This document shows, in pieces, positions 18,155-27,779 of a DNA stretch of 46,220 bases. The stretch lies in the IMG/VR virus record IMGVR_UViG_3300048998_000068, positions 1 through 46,220 of that record; one strand, 5' to 3'. Positions within the stretch are counted from its first letter, which is position 1. Every line of letters starts with the position of its first letter. The notes under the pieces were generated by a model. The model was not told where the DNA came from, searched no databases, and worked only from the letters and a program-made list of their open reading frames with translations. The position numbers were made by a program, and so were the translations under genes. This DNA is from a virus. Taxonomy: Duplodnaviria > Caudoviricetes.

Positions 18155-18592
18155 TTAAACCTCGCTCGCCTGAAGCGCCGTCACGAGCTCGTCACGATTG
18201 GAATTCTCCGCGTCTGGAATATCCCTTTCCTTGGCGAGCTCGCGCAATTCTTCTTCTGGCATGGCTTCGTAATTTTTCGCACCCTGGCCCGGAAGATCCG
18301 TTGTATCGGGCAAAATCGGAGGCCCCGACATAATCGTTTCCACGTTATTTTTTTTCGGCCGCCCTGGCGATTTCGGCTTATCGGTTTGAACTTCAGCCGT
18401 CCGCGCCGGAGGTGTGAACGGCTTGCCGCCAAATAACTTGGCTTCCGATTCCTCGCCGGGCATTACCAAACATTTGGCATTAACTAATCGCTCCGCTTCG
18501 TCTGCCGTTTCGGGCTCATAGAGCGAATCCTTTTCAACAAGCAAACCCGTTTCCCGATTGCGAAACGGCGCAATCACCTTGAACTGTGTCAT
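18155..18592 (-). CDS. Head-associated protein with C-terminal HeH/Rho-N-like motif
   Basis: C-terminal YEAMPEEELRELAKERDI...RDELVTAL; EAERLVNAK motif common in post-capsid genes. Confidence 0.55.
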   Translation of the reverse strand: MTQFKVIAPFRNRETGLLVEKDSLYEPETADEAERLVNAKCLVMPGEESEAKLFGGKPFTPPARTAEVQTDKPKSPGRPKKNNVETIMSGPPILPDTTDLPGQGAKNYEAMPEEELRELAKERDIPDAENSNRDELVTALQASEV

Positions 18593-18655
18593 TTTTCCTT
18601 TCCTTATGATTCCGCAAATAGCAACTTAGCTAATAACGTGTCCGCAGATTTCGTT

Positions 18656-19147
18656 TTAAGAAACAGCCGACGGTAGGTTTGTTCCTGCGCCCGCGAATCG
18701 GCCATGGTGAAGCAACCAAAGCGCCGAACCGATCACCGGAGCATTGACGCCCTCAGTCAATCTTGGTCGAACAAAATTTTTCCCCGCTGGCATTGCATCA
18801 CCGCGAACGGCCAATGCGTACACACTCGTTTTGCTAACAACCGTTGTAAAGCCAGCCGCAAGCACGTCGACCGGAGCCCCCATTGCATCAACCGGCGAAC
18901 CGCCTGTATCGAGCACTTGTTTTCGAAATGGAATCGCAACTGGATTAGTTCCGGCGGAATCGTCGCAAGCTTCCATCGTTATAATAGCGGTTCCGGTTGT
19001 CGCCACCGTATGAAGCAACAATACCGCATCCGAGTAGAGCGCCAAGTTAATGAGCTTTCCCGCTGGATTCGTATCGTTGATATCTACCGACGGCGCAAAT
19101 GCTTGAACGAGCTTCAGCCGTTCAAGCAACGTTGATTTTCCTGACAT
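18656..19147 (-). CDS. Probable capsid decoration/cement protein
   Basis: 163-aa beta-rich protein immediately downstream of the major capsid gene. Confidence 0.6.
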   Translation of the reverse strand: MSGKSTLLERLKLVQAFAPSVDINDTNPAGKLINLALYSDAVLLLHTVATTGTAIITMEACDDSAGTNPVAIPFRKQVLDTGGSPVDAMGAPVDVLAAGFTTVVSKTSVYALAVRGDAMPAGKNFVRPRLTEGVNAPVIGSALWLLHHGRFAGAGTNLPSAVS

Positions 19148-19207
19148 TTCTTAGCTTCCTTTAATGAAAAAGCCCTTTAAACTGACACTATTTTGGCGAA
19201 AAGTTCC

Positions 19208-20473
19208 TTATGGAACGTCAAGCACTACGCAAGGCGAAACCGAAAATCCATCTTCATCAACAATCGGAGCGTGCAACCACGAACCGCCATCAACGTTTTT
19301 GAAAATTTTAATGACGGTTTTATTCGACTCGAAATAAACGTGTTCCGACTTCGCAACAAATGGTCCACTTCCGTCTTTAATCATGTAGTAGGAAAAATCT
19401 TGTAACTTCAGATCCCCACGACTACCGAGTGAAGGCGATCGATGATCTTCCAGGAATGGATATCCAAGCAGCGTCGAAGGTTCACCAACGCGCGCATTTT
19501 CTTGCCAAATGTAATGTCCTTCAGGATCCACCATTTTTCGAAGCGCAACTTTGCAACGTGGATTTCCGACCCAAACTTTCCCGGTTCCGTAGGAATGCGA
19601 ATCCATCGCAATGATGTCGTTATAGGAAATGGAATTGGACACTTCCCGGTGAACATCGTAAGCCGCAAGCCCACGCACCGCAAAACCAAGCGGCTTTCCA
19701 ACACCATTACCGAAGTTGAAAGCAACATCTTCCGCCTTGATAATCGCTTGCCGCATTAGCTTTTCAGCGAGCGCAGCACCGGCCCCCCAATTACGCAAAA
19801 GCTTGTCGGTGAAAACGATCGTTGCCGCCATTTCTTTAGGCTCGAGCTTCGTTTCGTTAACCTTGAAATCAACCCGCGGTTTGATTCCACCTTCCTCAAT
19901 CCAAGTAACAGCAACACCGCCGAATAGATCCGCGCTTTGGTCAAGCCCTGGCATGGAAATCGCCGCGTCTGGCGGACTACCGGCCGGAATGACAGTTGCG
20001 CGCGGACGTATAATTGCTTCCTGCGGAGAGACTTGCAGAAAGGTATCCAAAAATTGTTCGGGAATCATAAATCCGCCGGTCGACCCCGAATCTGATCGCA
20101 TGTCACTAGCAGCTTGGAAATGTAGCCGCTGATCGGTCGGATTATGAACAACTGCGCCAAGAAATTCGCCGATATTCTCAAACGACTTTTTGGCTTCAGG
20201 CCCTCGAGCAGCATTGCCCAAACCGGTAGAGCTCGAGCCCGCCGATTGACGATTAGCCACGGTTCCAGTTGATTGCCGGAGCTCCGAACCTAGTGATTCG
20301 TGTTCCTCGAGCACAGCGATTTGCGCACGAATGCCTACAACTTCCGCTTTATATTCTTGGTAAAGTGCTTGATCTTCGGCGGTCAAACCGGCTTCATTAT
20401 CCTTGGCGCCGTCGACAATCGCCTGCATATCGGCGAATTTCGTGGCCAAAAGCTTGCGCAACTTTTCTAGCAT
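19208..20473 (-). CDS. Major capsid protein, HK97 fold with N-terminal delta (scaffold) domain
   Basis: Coiled-coil N-terminus, then GGFMIPEQF, WIEEG, GNGVGKPLG and TLLGYP motifs. Confidence 0.95.
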   Translation of the reverse strand: MLEKLRKLLATKFADMQAIVDGAKDNEAGLTAEDQALYQEYKAEVVGIRAQIAVLEEHESLGSELRQSTGTVANRQSAGSSSTGLGNAARGPEAKKSFENIGEFLGAVVHNPTDQRLHFQAASDMRSDSGSTGGFMIPEQFLDTFLQVSPQEAIIRPRATVIPAGSPPDAAISMPGLDQSADLFGGVAVTWIEEGGIKPRVDFKVNETKLEPKEMAATIVFTDKLLRNWGAGAALAEKLMRQAIIKAEDVAFNFGNGVGKPLGFAVRGLAAYDVHREVSNSISYNDIIAMDSHSYGTGKVWVGNPRCKVALRKMVDPEGHYIWQENARVGEPSTLLGYPFLEDHRSPSLGSRGDLKLQDFSYYMIKDGSGPFVAKSEHVYFESNKTVIKIFKNVDGGSWLHAPIVDEDGFSVSPCVVLDVP

Positions 20474-20490
20474 TTTTCTATCTCCTAAAT

Positions 20491-21387
20491 TTATAATTGC
20501 TTCAGTAATTCTAGATCACATTCGAAAACTACAGCTGCCGCTTTGCCGTTCCGGCTTGTAGCGACCCTTTGCCGGACAAGCGTTTCCGCAAAGGTTTCTA
20601 TCCCGTCAACAAGCCCCGCGTTGACGGCTTCCTTTGCGCCAAGCGCGCGCCCCTCGCCAAATCCGCTTTTCACTTCAGAAACGGAGACGCCGCGGTTTCT
20701 GGCAACCGCCTTAACGAAATTATCGTAAGAAATATTTACGTCGGCTTGCCTTGCGGCTAATGCTTCCTCGCTTAACGGTTCGTAAGGATTTCCCTCAACC
20801 TTGTATTTTCCGGCGCTAATTAGCGTGTTTTTAATACCCGCAGCTTCATAAGCTTTCGAATAATCCGTGTGTGTGGAAAATACACCAATTGACCCGGCTA
20901 TTCCGCCCGGCGTAATCATGACGCGATCCGCTGCGGAAGCCACCCAATAGGCTGCAGAGCAGGCCATACTATTCACGCTAGCCAAAATGGGTTTTATACC
21001 GCGCGCTTCGTAAATCTGCGTCGATAATTCTTCAACACCAAAGATAAATCCGCCCGGTGAAGACACGTCCAACACAATACGTTTAACGGTTTCGTCAGCC
21101 AGAGCCATGGCAAACGCTGCGGAATAAACTTCCGTGCTTATTCCGCCCCACCACGACGGCTTTTGAGTGACAATACCCTGAAACGGCAAAACAGCGGTCA
21201 CGGAAGCTTTCGGAGCGCTCGCCGTGCGCCCACTATAAGCAACGTTGAGCGTTTCGTTTGCAGCCTGCGGAACTTCCGTCAATGTTGCAGCGCGCTCGAG
21301 CGTCGCTTTAATGAACACTTCAAAATGACCTTCGATCATGCCGCATGGCGAGCGCAAAAGATGTTCAAGCATGAAATCGTAGATCAT
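20491..21387 (-). CDS. Prohead protease, peptidase S49 (SppA/ClpP-like)
   Basis: LDVSSPGG, ACSAAYWVAS, GSIGV and AGKYK motifs. Confidence 0.93.
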   Translation of the reverse strand: MIYDFMLEHLLRSPCGMIEGHFEVFIKATLERAATLTEVPQAANETLNVAYSGRTASAPKASVTAVLPFQGIVTQKPSWWGGISTEVYSAAFAMALADETVKRIVLDVSSPGGFIFGVEELSTQIYEARGIKPILASVNSMACSAAYWVASAADRVMITPGGIAGSIGVFSTHTDYSKAYEAAGIKNTLISAGKYKVEGNPYEPLSEEALAARQADVNISYDNFVKAVARNRGVSVSEVKSGFGEGRALGAKEAVNAGLVDGIETFAETLVRQRVATSRNGKAAAVVFECDLELLKQL

Positions 21388-22667
21388 TCGCCTAGCGCCT
21401 TCATTTCGTTGCCATACTTGACAAGGTTTTGCGTGATTTCCGCCAGCTTCGCGCCCGGCATCTTGTCGCCCGTTTGGCCCATGTTCATTGGCTGCAATGG
21501 TTCGTCCAAACCTTCGATCCGGTTCCAGTCCTCGAGCGCGCGAGCTTCGTTGCGCGTCATAATTCCGGTCAAAACCATGTTTTTATAGTAGTTGCTCCGC
21601 GATACGGAATCGCCGCGCTGCAGGCCATTTAAGTTAAATTTGGTGTAATATTTCTTCCGATCTTCGCCGTTAAATAACTTTCGATTTAATTCTTGTTCCC
21701 AACGCACGAAATACGGCGTCATTGTGTCCACTACAAATTCGATGGCCAATTGCTCAATGTTCGAAAACGTTGCGCGCTCGAGCTCCTGCAGCTTATGGAG
21801 CTGAACGCGGTAGAACCTCGCAATTTCAACAACCTGAAATTTCCGAGTTTCTAAAAACTGCGCTTCGTTTGGTGGAATTCCCAACTGCTTAAGCGTCATG
21901 CCTTCCCGGAGAATTTTAACCCGGTGAGCATTATCAAGCCCAGAATTCATGTCCTCAAACGACTTCCGAACGAGCGGAACCGCTTCGTCGGGCATCGCTA
22001 AATCGCCCACGCCCGGATGTTCCAACACCGTTCCGCCGGAAGCGCCATTGGCAAAGAACTTCGCGCCGAATTCCTCCGCGGCAATAGCCACACCCATCGC
22101 GTTGGCTGCATACTTAATCGGCGAATATCCCTGATATCCGTCGAAGCCGAGGCCCGGAATGTGCAGCATGTTCCGCGCTGGAATGCTGTAAGTTTTGCCG
22201 TCAACGTTCGTATTATAAAAGAGCGGTTGATCCGGTAATTTTACCGGCCAAGTACGGTCGGGCAGTAAAGGCCAGAGCGCAAGCACGTTTCCAAAACTAT
22301 CGCGATCGATCTCCGCGTACCCATTTCCCCATCCGACCACATGCCCCATAATCGTTTCGCGAAAAACGAAACTCGTCATGTGCGGATTTGCTTCGTCGTG
22401 CAGCAACCAAAACAGATTATTTTCGTAGGCCGGATTTTTCCCACCCTGCGGAGTCCGTTCCATTAGCATCAACGGAACCTGTGCGAGCGTTTCCGATAAC
22501 ACGCGAATCGATGCCCAAACCGCCGAAATACTCAGAGAACTGTTTTCAGTGACCGGTCGTCCGGCATGGCTATGCGTACCAAAACCATTGATCAACCAAT
22601 GATGCGGATCCGAAACGGATTGAGCAGGCCCGTAGGTAACTGCCTTTGATGGCCGAAACCAACCCAT
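21384..22667 (-). CDS. Portal protein, HK97 family
   Basis: WGNGYAEI, MLHIPG..GYSPI, AQFLETRKF..EIARFYRV and TRNEARALE motifs. Confidence 0.95.
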   Translation of the reverse strand: MGWFRPSKAVTYGPAQSVSDPHHWLINGFGTHSHAGRPVTENSSLSISAVWASIRVLSETLAQVPLMLMERTPQGGKNPAYENNLFWLLHDEANPHMTSFVFRETIMGHVVGWGNGYAEIDRDSFGNVLALWPLLPDRTWPVKLPDQPLFYNTNVDGKTYSIPARNMLHIPGLGFDGYQGYSPIKYAANAMGVAIAAEEFGAKFFANGASGGTVLEHPGVGDLAMPDEAVPLVRKSFEDMNSGLDNAHRVKILREGMTLKQLGIPPNEAQFLETRKFQVVEIARFYRVQLHKLQELERATFSNIEQLAIEFVVDTMTPYFVRWEQELNRKLFNGEDRKKYYTKFNLNGLQRGDSVSRSNYYKNMVLTGIMTRNEARALEDWNRIEGLDEPLQPMNMGQTGDKMPGAKLAEITQNLVKYGNEMKALGE

Positions 22668-22822
22668 TACTTATCGCCCAAAATTTTCAACAGACAAATA
22701 GTCATTAAAACGCTGCCAAAAATGATGTAATTATACGCAGACGGTAATTGCAACTGATACACCCCCCACGCAATAGATGCCAGAGCAATGATCACAGCTA
22801 TATCTAGTGGTTCCGGTTTCAT
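22667..22822 (-). CDS. Small two-TM membrane protein between terminase and portal (not in ORF track)
   Basis: Hand translation gives 51 aa, MKPEPLDIAVIIALASIAWGVYQLQLPSAYNYIIFGSVLMTICLLKILGDK; ATGA and TAATG overlaps with both neighbours. Confidence 0.7.
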   Translation of the reverse strand: MKPEPLDIAVIIALASIAWGVYQLQLPSAYNYIIFGSVLMTICLLKILGDK

Positions 22823-24513
22823 GTTACCGCCTTATCTTTGCTGTAATTCGACTTATGAGATTTAACGGTAATTGCTTGAGCAATTGCCATAATTCCACCG
22901 ATGATGCCATCAATTTTTTTATTTCGTCCGGTCTTACCGGTCGGTTTAATCGGCTTGATATTTTGATTTGCATCTTCGATCACCTGAACATTCCCGGCCA
23001 TCCAATTCATAACCGGATTATTCGTATGGTGAACCCGCTTTGACAAAATCAGGTCCATAAACTCTTTCGCATGCGGAGAAATGGATACAATATTTTGCGG
23101 AAACTCGAGAACTTTGGCGCCGGAGTCCTGCAGCATGGTCATCATTTGCGTTGCGCCATAACGGTCATATGCAATTTGCTTAACGTCAAATTTCTTCCGA
23201 TCCTGATTAATGTTGTCCATAACGAACGTATAATCGATTTTCGGACCCGGTGTTGCGGTCATATATCCAGCCGCAACCCAATCGGCGTAATTCGCAATTG
23301 ATTTTTCAGTAATTTCCTTCACTTTGTCTTCAGGACACCAAAAGCGCGGAAGCAAATAGATATGAAGCTTTCCGGCTATCCACTTAGGAAAGGCATAAAC
23401 GCACGCAGCAACGTCAACAGTCGACGCCAAGTCCAGTCCGGCAAAGCATTTTTGACCCTTGAAATCGTCTTCATTGAAAATCTCAGCTGCGCATTCGCCC
23501 CATTCCTTCATGGGTATCCACGGAGATTCGGCGCCGACCCAAATATTGAATCGATAGCGCTTGAACGACGAAATATCCGACTGCGTTTTTTCAGCCTTGT
23601 TTAGTTGCTCCGCAAAAGTTTCCTCAGTCAGAACGATCCCCAATCCAGGATTCGCCCGGCGCCAATACTTCGGATCTTGTAAGTCGATCGGAGTCATCAC
23701 ACCGTCGATTTCTTCCAATTCTTCGTTCCCATAAATAATTCCAAGGAACGACATATCGAAAAATTCAGCCTTGTTTATTCGCTTGGCGTATTCGTGAAAG
23801 TCGTAACAAATAGTTTCCTTGTTATCACCTGCGGTTGTCACGATTAACGTAATTGGTTCCCGGCGAGCGGACATACCAAATTGCAGAGCGTTCCAGAAAA
23901 CGCGATCCTTCCACGCATGGAGCTCGTCAACGATGAGGTAATAAATGTTGAGCCCTTCGGCGCTCGCGCCCTCCGCAGCAAGCGCACGAATCCACGACGA
24001 ACCATCCTTGGCGATCGTTTTCGTATGGTCGATCGGCTTTCCGAACTGCTTTAGAAGATCCGGCGATTGCCGAACCATGTTTGCGGCTTCTTTAAAGACA
24101 ATTCCAGCTTGGTCTTTAGTGGTCGCAGCACAATAGATTTCTGCGCCGGGCTCGTCTTCCCCGCCTAAACCGTAACAGGCGAGCGCGGAAGCAATAGTGG
24201 ATTTGCCATTTTTCTTAGCAATTTCGACATAGGCCGTTCGAAATCGGCGTATGTTCCCCGGCCGCTGCCAGCCGTAAAGCGGCATGATTAGATCATTCCG
24301 CTGCCATGGCATTAGAATGACAGGTTTACCGCCCCATTCGCCTTTCGATTGTCGACAATGGGTTTCAATATACTCAATCGGCAATTCGCCTAGAGCTTTC
24401 GAGAAATAACAACCCTGCAAAACTGCGTGTTCGTCAGCCGCAGAGCGGATCCATTGATCCCACCCTGCGCGCTGTGCTTGTCGCTTTAGTCCAATTAACC
24501 GGGAAACTTCCAA
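22819..24513 (-). CDS. terL: Terminase large subunit
   Basis: AKKNGKST Walker A, IVDELH Walker B, VTTAG, GLDLAST and KIDG nuclease motifs. Confidence 0.96.
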   Translation of the reverse strand: MEVSRLIGLKRQAQRAGWDQWIRSAADEHAVLQGCYFSKALGELPIEYIETHCRQSKGEWGGKPVILMPWQRNDLIMPLYGWQRPGNIRRFRTAYVEIAKKNGKSTIASALACYGLGGEDEPGAEIYCAATTKDQAGIVFKEAANMVRQSPDLLKQFGKPIDHTKTIAKDGSSWIRALAAEGASAEGLNIYYLIVDELHAWKDRVFWNALQFGMSARREPITLIVTTAGDNKETICYDFHEYAKRINKAEFFDMSFLGIIYGNEELEEIDGVMTPIDLQDPKYWRRANPGLGIVLTEETFAEQLNKAEKTQSDISSFKRYRFNIWVGAESPWIPMKEWGECAAEIFNEDDFKGQKCFAGLDLASTVDVAACVYAFPKWIAGKLHIYLLPRFWCPEDKVKEITEKSIANYADWVAAGYMTATPGPKIDYTFVMDNINQDRKKFDVKQIAYDRYGATQMMTMLQDSGAKVLEFPQNIVSISPHAKEFMDLILSKRVHHTNNPVMNWMAGNVQVIEDANQNIKPIKPTGKTGRNKKIDGIIGGIMAIAQAITVKSHKSNYSKDKAVT

Positions 24514-24524
24514 CAGAACCTAAA

Positions 24525-24992
24525 TCAGTTTTGGACCCGATTGCAGCCGTTCGGAATAACTTTCGATTCAGCGCCAGCTTTCGTTTTGATTGGCTTGTTG
24601 CCTTGTGTCATGTCGAAAAATTCAACTTGCACATTGGATCCGTAATAACAGCCCGGTTGATTCCCGCGAGAAATCGCCCCCCACCCAATGGGTTTTCCAC
24701 TGTAGGGTTTGTCCATCATTTCCAAAACTTTCGCGCTTTTAATTCGAACCTGCACATCTTCCAGATCGACAAGCACAACGACTTTCCCCGTATGTTCGCC
24801 AAGCGGCTTCCAAAGGAACTTTCCGATCGTCCGTGTCGAATATTGGCCGACTTCGACCGGCGTTGCGATCGGAGTCGGCGCCAATGTTGGCGTCGGAGTT
24901 GCCTTTGGCACATCGTTCGTTTGGTTAACTTTATTGCAGGCGATAATCGCCAAGAAGAAAAACACGAAAAGAGCGAACAGAAAGTTTTTCAT
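24525..24992 (-). CDS. Lipoprotein of unknown function
   Basis: MKNFLFALFVFFFLAIIA-C lipobox followed by a PTPT linker and two more Cys. Confidence 0.7.
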   Translation of the reverse strand: MKNFLFALFVFFFLAIIACNKVNQTNDVPKATPTPTLAPTPIATPVEVGQYSTRTIGKFLWKPLGEHTGKVVVLVDLEDVQVRIKSAKVLEMMDKPYSGKPIGWGAISRGNQPGCYYGSNVQVEFFDMTQGNKPIKTKAGAESKVIPNGCNRVQN

Positions 24993-25456
24993 ATCGTTAC
25001 CGTCATTGTAATTTTATCTTCGAATTTCGATCCGTTCGAGCCAAAAGCCAAAATGGTAATCGAATAAGTTTTTCCACTCGTTCCAGCGACAACACGACAA
25101 ACCGAACGTGAGTTTTCGAGAATAAAGCAAGTATCGCTTTCGAGAACATCATTTGTTGCGTCCGCAGAATCGGTTTCATTATAGGCAGAGGCCGACGCGG
25201 AAGATATCTTTTCGCCGAACGGCAATCGTCCGTAATACGAAATTCCGATTGGATATTCTTCAATCGTAGTTTTATCAAACGCGCCGCTTATCGGACTGTC
25301 AGTTGCCACGAATGAATATACCCTGCTTTTAGTGTTAAACACATACAACCGATCGCGAGTCGGAAACGTAATTTTCGGCTTGAACTTCCACGGTGAAGGC
25401 CCGGCAACGCCCCCTTCCAGCAACGAAAGTAAGTCAACGATTCCGCTAGTCGTCAT
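24989..25456 (-). CDS. Probable fibre-adaptor-like beta-sandwich protein
   Basis: C-terminal DK...EEYPIGISY..RL..GEKISSAS...VAGTSGKTYSIT pattern resembles phage fibre-tail adaptor domains (recognition only); N-terminus shared with the Dit-like protein. Confidence 0.5.
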   Translation of the reverse strand: MTTSGIVDLLSLLEGGVAGPSPWKFKPKITFPTRDRLYVFNTKSRVYSFVATDSPISGAFDKTTIEEYPIGISYYGRLPFGEKISSASASAYNETDSADATNDVLESDTCFILENSRSVCRVVAGTSGKTYSITILAFGSNGSKFEDKITMTVTI

Positions 25457-26019
25457 CAGTGTGTGATATCCGTTTCCGCCGTTTCCAAATCAATAGGCAT
25501 CGGATCATCTTCCTCCGCAGATTGCTGGCGCTTTGCTTCCTCCGCCGCCGAAGCTGCTTTTGCTGCGTCCCGGCGTTTGTTGAATTCTGCAATCGGATCT
25601 TCCTGTCCAAGTCCGACCGGTTTGCCCATTCGAGCCCGCCCCATAGGATTAAACCCAAAAAGCGATGACATTCCAGCAATATCTTTCGTCGCCTGCGCGA
25701 GCGAAGCAACTGCCGGGTTAACTCGCCAAGCGTCGCGCGTCAAAACTTTGTAACCTTCCTTATCGATTATGTCCTGCAAATCGCCGACCCGCTGATAAGT
25801 GAGGCAATAAGACTCGAGCAAACCCAGATCGCACGTTCCGAGAATGCCCATCTTTTCCATATTCGTGACCGCCAGATCCCACATTTCAGTGGCTCGCACC
25901 TTTCTAATAGTCTTTGGCTTTTTCGGCCGACCTAATATTGGCTGCAAATCCTCCTTTTTTGGTCGGTGACTAAGATCGCCTTCCGCCTTTCGCTGCGCCG
26001 AGGTTTTGATATGGCTCAT
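25456..26019 (-). CDS. terS: Terminase small subunit, P27 family
   Basis: Likely start MSHIKT at 26019; DLGLLESYC..Y, NPAV and FGFNPMGRAR motifs. Confidence 0.88.
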   Translation of the reverse strand: MSHIKTSAQRKAEGDLSHRPKKEDLQPILGRPKKPKTIRKVRATEMWDLAVTNMEKMGILGTCDLGLLESYCLTYQRVGDLQDIIDKEGYKVLTRDAWRVNPAVASLAQATKDIAGMSSLFGFNPMGRARMGKPVGLGQEDPIAEFNKRRDAAKAASAAEEAKRQQSAEEDDPMPIDLETAETDITH

Positions 26020-26159
26020 AAAATTATTTTCTTGACAATTTAATTGAAATCTGCTGTCGGCGTGTAACTGCCTGAAATTATTATAGATTTTTTCGACTTG
26101 ACATTTTGATTCTAGTCTTTTTCTATGTGCAAATTCTGCCAAAACATACTAAAACACTG

Positions 26160-26240
26160 CGGGTGCTTTTTTCGAGGGGCGCCAACGACCAATACGGAAC
26201 GGAGCGCAGCGATTTGATGGGGTATGCCCCCGCACCGAAC
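26160..26240. other. Putative cos packaging region
   Basis: Non-coding interval with G/C runs between HNH and terS, the usual cos position in HK97-like phages; exact cut site not identifiable. Confidence 0.35.
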
Positions 26241-26320
26241 GACTCGGAAATTCAAAAGCTTACCAAATTAATGTGCGAACTAAACGAAAAAAAAGATTCA
26301 AGATTAAAAGACTGAATCAA

Positions 26321-26662
26321 TTAATTTTTTCTTTCTTGACCTCGCTTGACGGCATGGCACCGCTTGCATAGGTGTTGTGTATTACTGAAGGCGTATGGTT
26401 CACCACCATCCGACATCGCGACAACGTGATCCACTTCCTCGCCGATGTGAACACGGCACACCTCGCACATCGGCGAGTGCATACGGCGTTGGTCCCTAAC
26501 GTACTTCCACTTAGGCGAATCGTAAAAGCGATTGCGTCTACCGTCCTGCGCTTGGTCGACTCGCCAGAGCTTTCGCTTGCACACATCACAAAGTCCTGAC
26601 CGATCCGTTGTCGCTACCATGCAGCGAGCTCCGCGACACTTCTTTGGGAGAGCCAGAGCCAA
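26321..26662 (-). CDS. HNH endonuclease (HK97 gp74-like terminase cofactor)
   Basis: FYDSPKWK...CEVC...EVDHVV...NTQHLCKRCH; upstream of terS. Confidence 0.9.
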   Translation of the reverse strand: MALALPKKCRGARCMVATTDRSGLCDVCKRKLWRVDQAQDGRRNRFYDSPKWKYVRDQRRMHSPMCEVCRVHIGEEVDHVVAMSDGGEPYAFSNTQHLCKRCHAVKRGQERKN

Positions 26663-26688
26663 GCGACTGAACCTTTGTTGCTTCGTCC

Positions 26689-26952
26689 TTACTTAAGATG
26701 AGCCCGATCTAACAGACGTATCGTACCGTCTTTCAACCCTTCACGCAGCGCAGGCAGAGCGCTGAAGGAGAGGACATTACAAACCCAACGCACGCTCGAG
26801 ATGTCCATTGAACTATCGTCATGTAACCATGCTAGGTCACAGGCGTTGCCCTTAATAGCACCATGGACAGCATGCCAGAGGACTGCAGACCATAGTTTCT
26901 TGCATGGTATGCATGGGAAAACATCCTGATCTTCCGATACAGGCAAAGGCAT
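26689..26952 (-). CDS. Hypothetical protein
   Basis: 87 aa; LWSAVL..A...WL.......WVC pattern reminiscent of small phage proteins in late-control position. Confidence 0.5.
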   Translation of the reverse strand: MPLPVSEDQDVFPCIPCKKLWSAVLWHAVHGAIKGNACDLAWLHDDSSMDISSVRWVCNVLSFSALPALREGLKDGTIRLLDRAHLK

Positions 26953-26955
26953 ATA

Positions 26956-27366
26956 TCAATTTTCCGCTGGTATTTTCCCATTGCTTCCCCCATCACGAAG
27001 CGTGCGGATAAAGTCCGCTAATTCGGCATCGGTCAGTTGACCAGCGAGGCCCCTATCAACACCTGGTAAATCTACGTTAACCACGGTCGGCTTAGTTGCT
27101 CGAGCTCCAAACATTGCCCGCGTACAGAAGACCACAATACCGATCACCATCCAGGCGAGCGCATTGCAGACTGCAAAGAATATTAGTCCTACCGCCATAA
27201 ACTGATATGTGCCTACCGAATGAAGACCGGCGAGGTATTCACCCAAGAAACGCTGCGCAATATGATTCCAAAGAAACGCACACCAAGCGCCGTCCGCGTA
27301 TAGCATTCCAACGGCTAGAGCAATCAGTAAAATAGTGTGAAAAAAAAGCATACTAATTCGTTTCAT
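26956..27366 (-). CDS. Membrane protein
   Basis: Two or more long hydrophobic segments; start probably ATG 27366 or 27351 rather than 27438. Confidence 0.55.
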   Translation of the reverse strand: MKRISMLFFHTILLIALAVGMLYADGAWCAFLWNHIAQRFLGEYLAGLHSVGTYQFMAVGLIFFAVCNALAWMVIGIVVFCTRAMFGARATKPTVVNVDLPGVDRGLAGQLTDAELADFIRTLRDGGSNGKIPAEN

Positions 27367-27736
27367 AAGACACCACGATTTGCCCAAATTCCGCCCATAG
27401 CTTCGACGCGCGCACATCCCATATGTGAGCATCGCCACCAGTTGCTTTTGTGTATAGCGAGTCTAACACCGCCTTTAATAGATTATCTACGTCCGGCGAG
27501 ATGCGATGCGGTTGACCTAATAGCCGCAGGCGCTCGCGCTTCGACCAACTACGCGGCATAGGCATGTAGAACTTCCAATGCACGCCAGAGAACGGAAGGA
27601 TAATTCCGTCCATTTTTGCGCGCAAATCGTCCGCATATTTCCGATAGGTCATTACCGCAGGCCGTTCGCGCCATCTATCCGATTGCGTCATTCGCGGTTT
27701 GGCCACCGGTTTAATGTCGATATAGTATATTGGCAA
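27353..27736 (-). CDS. rusA: RusA-family Holliday junction resolvase
   Basis: PVAKPR, MPRSWSK and PDVDNLLKAVLDSL...DAHI motifs. Confidence 0.88.
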   Translation of the reverse strand: MPIYYIDIKPVAKPRMTQSDRWRERPAVMTYRKYADDLRAKMDGIILPFSGVHWKFYMPMPRSWSKRERLRLLGQPHRISPDVDNLLKAVLDSLYTKATGGDAHIWDVRASKLWAEFGQIVVSYETN

Positions 27737-27779
27737 GTAAATTAATGCTTAAATTGGCAAATTGGCTGATAATAACGGA

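Noticed and set aside
26019-26315. terS N-terminal extension to 26142 and plus-strand ORF 26106..26315
   Set aside because: This is an AT-rich cos/regulatory interval, and the P27-like sequence begins at MSHIKT (26019).
2189-26599. Numerous plus-strand and alternate-frame ORFs overlapping the late genes
   Set aside because: They are antisense or off-frame shadows of well-supported structural genes, with no recognisable motifs.
27340-27347. A8 tract as a phase-variation switch at the start of the membrane protein gene
   Set aside because: It is short, the frame is intact and there is no evidence of variation.
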